From Minisyncoccota bacterium (GTDB lineage Bacteria > Patescibacteriota > Minisyncoccia > UBA6257 > GWB1-50-10): a DNA stretch of 64,000 nt. Location: contig JAGVBU010000004.1 of NCBI GenBank assembly GCA_020059585.1, forward strand, positions 16,835 to 80,834, written 5' to 3'. The translations under genes were made by a program, and so were the position numbers. This document shows positions 63,349-64,000 of this stretch, piece after piece. The notes under the pieces are model-generated. The model had not been told where the DNA came from. It saw only the letters and a program-made list of their open reading frames with translations, and did not search any database. Position 1 is the stretch's first letter. The number at the start of each line of letters is the position of its first letter.

Positions 63349-64000
63349 ATGAACAAAAAAGTTTTATATGGCATAGGCGTGCTTGCGATTCTTTGTGTCG
63401 CGGCATTTGTCGCGTTAGGATTCGTCGGAAAAACCGAAGAGAAGAATCCTTTGGTTGTGGAAAATAATCCCCCCGTCTCGGAAACGGGAGCGTGGACTAC
63501 CGTGAAAGATGGAGTATACGCGGTATCCGTTTCAGAGAGTCGCGTGGGATGGGAGGGAAAAAAAACCTTGATTAAGGATTATGTGGATACGGGAACTCTT
63601 GCGATAAAAGAGGGATCAATACGCGTATCGGAGGGAGATGTGACGGCGGAAATCGTCTTTGATATGACATCCATAAAGACGCACTCAACGGGAAGTGGTA
63701 AGGGAGAATCGGGACTTGAGCGTCATCTGAAGTCCGATGATTTTTTCTCCGTTGAGGCATTTCCGACCTCTGTGTTTTTGGTTGAGCGCGTTGTCCCTTT
63801 GGACAACGAGGCGCATTCGTACACCGCGACGGGAAAGTTGACGATAAAAGGAATTACAAATGAGATTTCCGTTCCTGTATTGTTATACGAATCAGATGGC
63901 GCGGTGCGGGTTGACGGGACGGTGCTTATCGATCGGACAAAATGGGATATTCGTTTCGGTTCCGATAAATTTTTCGATAATCTTGCGAATAACGTAATAG
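63349..64000 (+). CDS. YceI-family polyisoprenoid-binding protein, 3'-truncated by the window edge (not in ORF track)
   Basis: MNKKVLYGIG signal/anchor; 'SRVGWEGKK', 'DMTSI', 'HLKSDDFF.VE.FPT', 'GKLTIKGIT', 'IDRTKWDIRFGS'. Confidence 0.9.
   Translation, partial: MNKKVLYGIGVLAILCVAAFVALGFVGKTEEKNPLVVENNPPVSETGAWTTVKDGVYAVSVSESRVGWEGKKTLIKDYVDTGTLAIKEGSIRVSEGDVTAEIVFDMTSIKTHSTGSGKGESGLERHLKSDDFFSVEAFPTSVFLVERVVPLDNEAHSYTATGKLTIKGITNEISVPVLLYESDGAVRVDGTVLIDRTKWDIRFGSDKFFDNLANNVI

Noticed and set aside
1-64000. Alternative genetic code (UGA=Gly), prophage, inteins, defence islands
   Set aside because: Core genes are full length in code 11 and TGA terminates ORFs (for example at 11601 and 20092). 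No phage, transposase or intein motifs were recognised.

Overview
Gene-dense, housekeeping-rich fragment of a small bacterial genome using genetic code 11 (TGA is used as stop). Several traits point to a Patescibacteria/CPR, Parcubacteria-like organism; this is inference. The traits are: rplK without rplA, very short EF-Ts, RpoA, SMC, AspRS and ProRS, few Shine-Dalgarno sites, and a pilin-like gene. Contents: pgk, rnhA, rnpB, the alpha operon, rplM-rpsI, mutY, two mreB plus mreC/mreD-like/mrdA, five aminoacyl-tRNA synthetases and gatB, eno, gyrB, secE-nusG-rplK, dnaE, rnc-smc, rpsP-khpA-trmD, rpsB-tsf, ndk, two LD-carboxypeptidases, uppS, tRNA-Leu(GAG) and tRNA-Tyr(GTA). No CRISPR array, prophage, integrase or transposase was recognised. 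The most unusual signals are small or non-coding: (1) a structured element with the same architecture and covarying helices behind both tRNA genes, whose ends match the adjacent tRNA's own T-arm/3' end, with a free-standing PD-(D/E)XK nuclease next to tRNA-Tyr; (2) an RNase P RNA interrupted twice by a ~165-nt heptad-periodic hairpin element; (3) two candidate ncRNAs with their own promoters; (4) an unannotated 36-aa lysine-rich peptide; (5) widespread leaderless-type starts and a recurring AAAGGTCG leader motif. All calls were made by eye from motifs; no database search or folding program was run.
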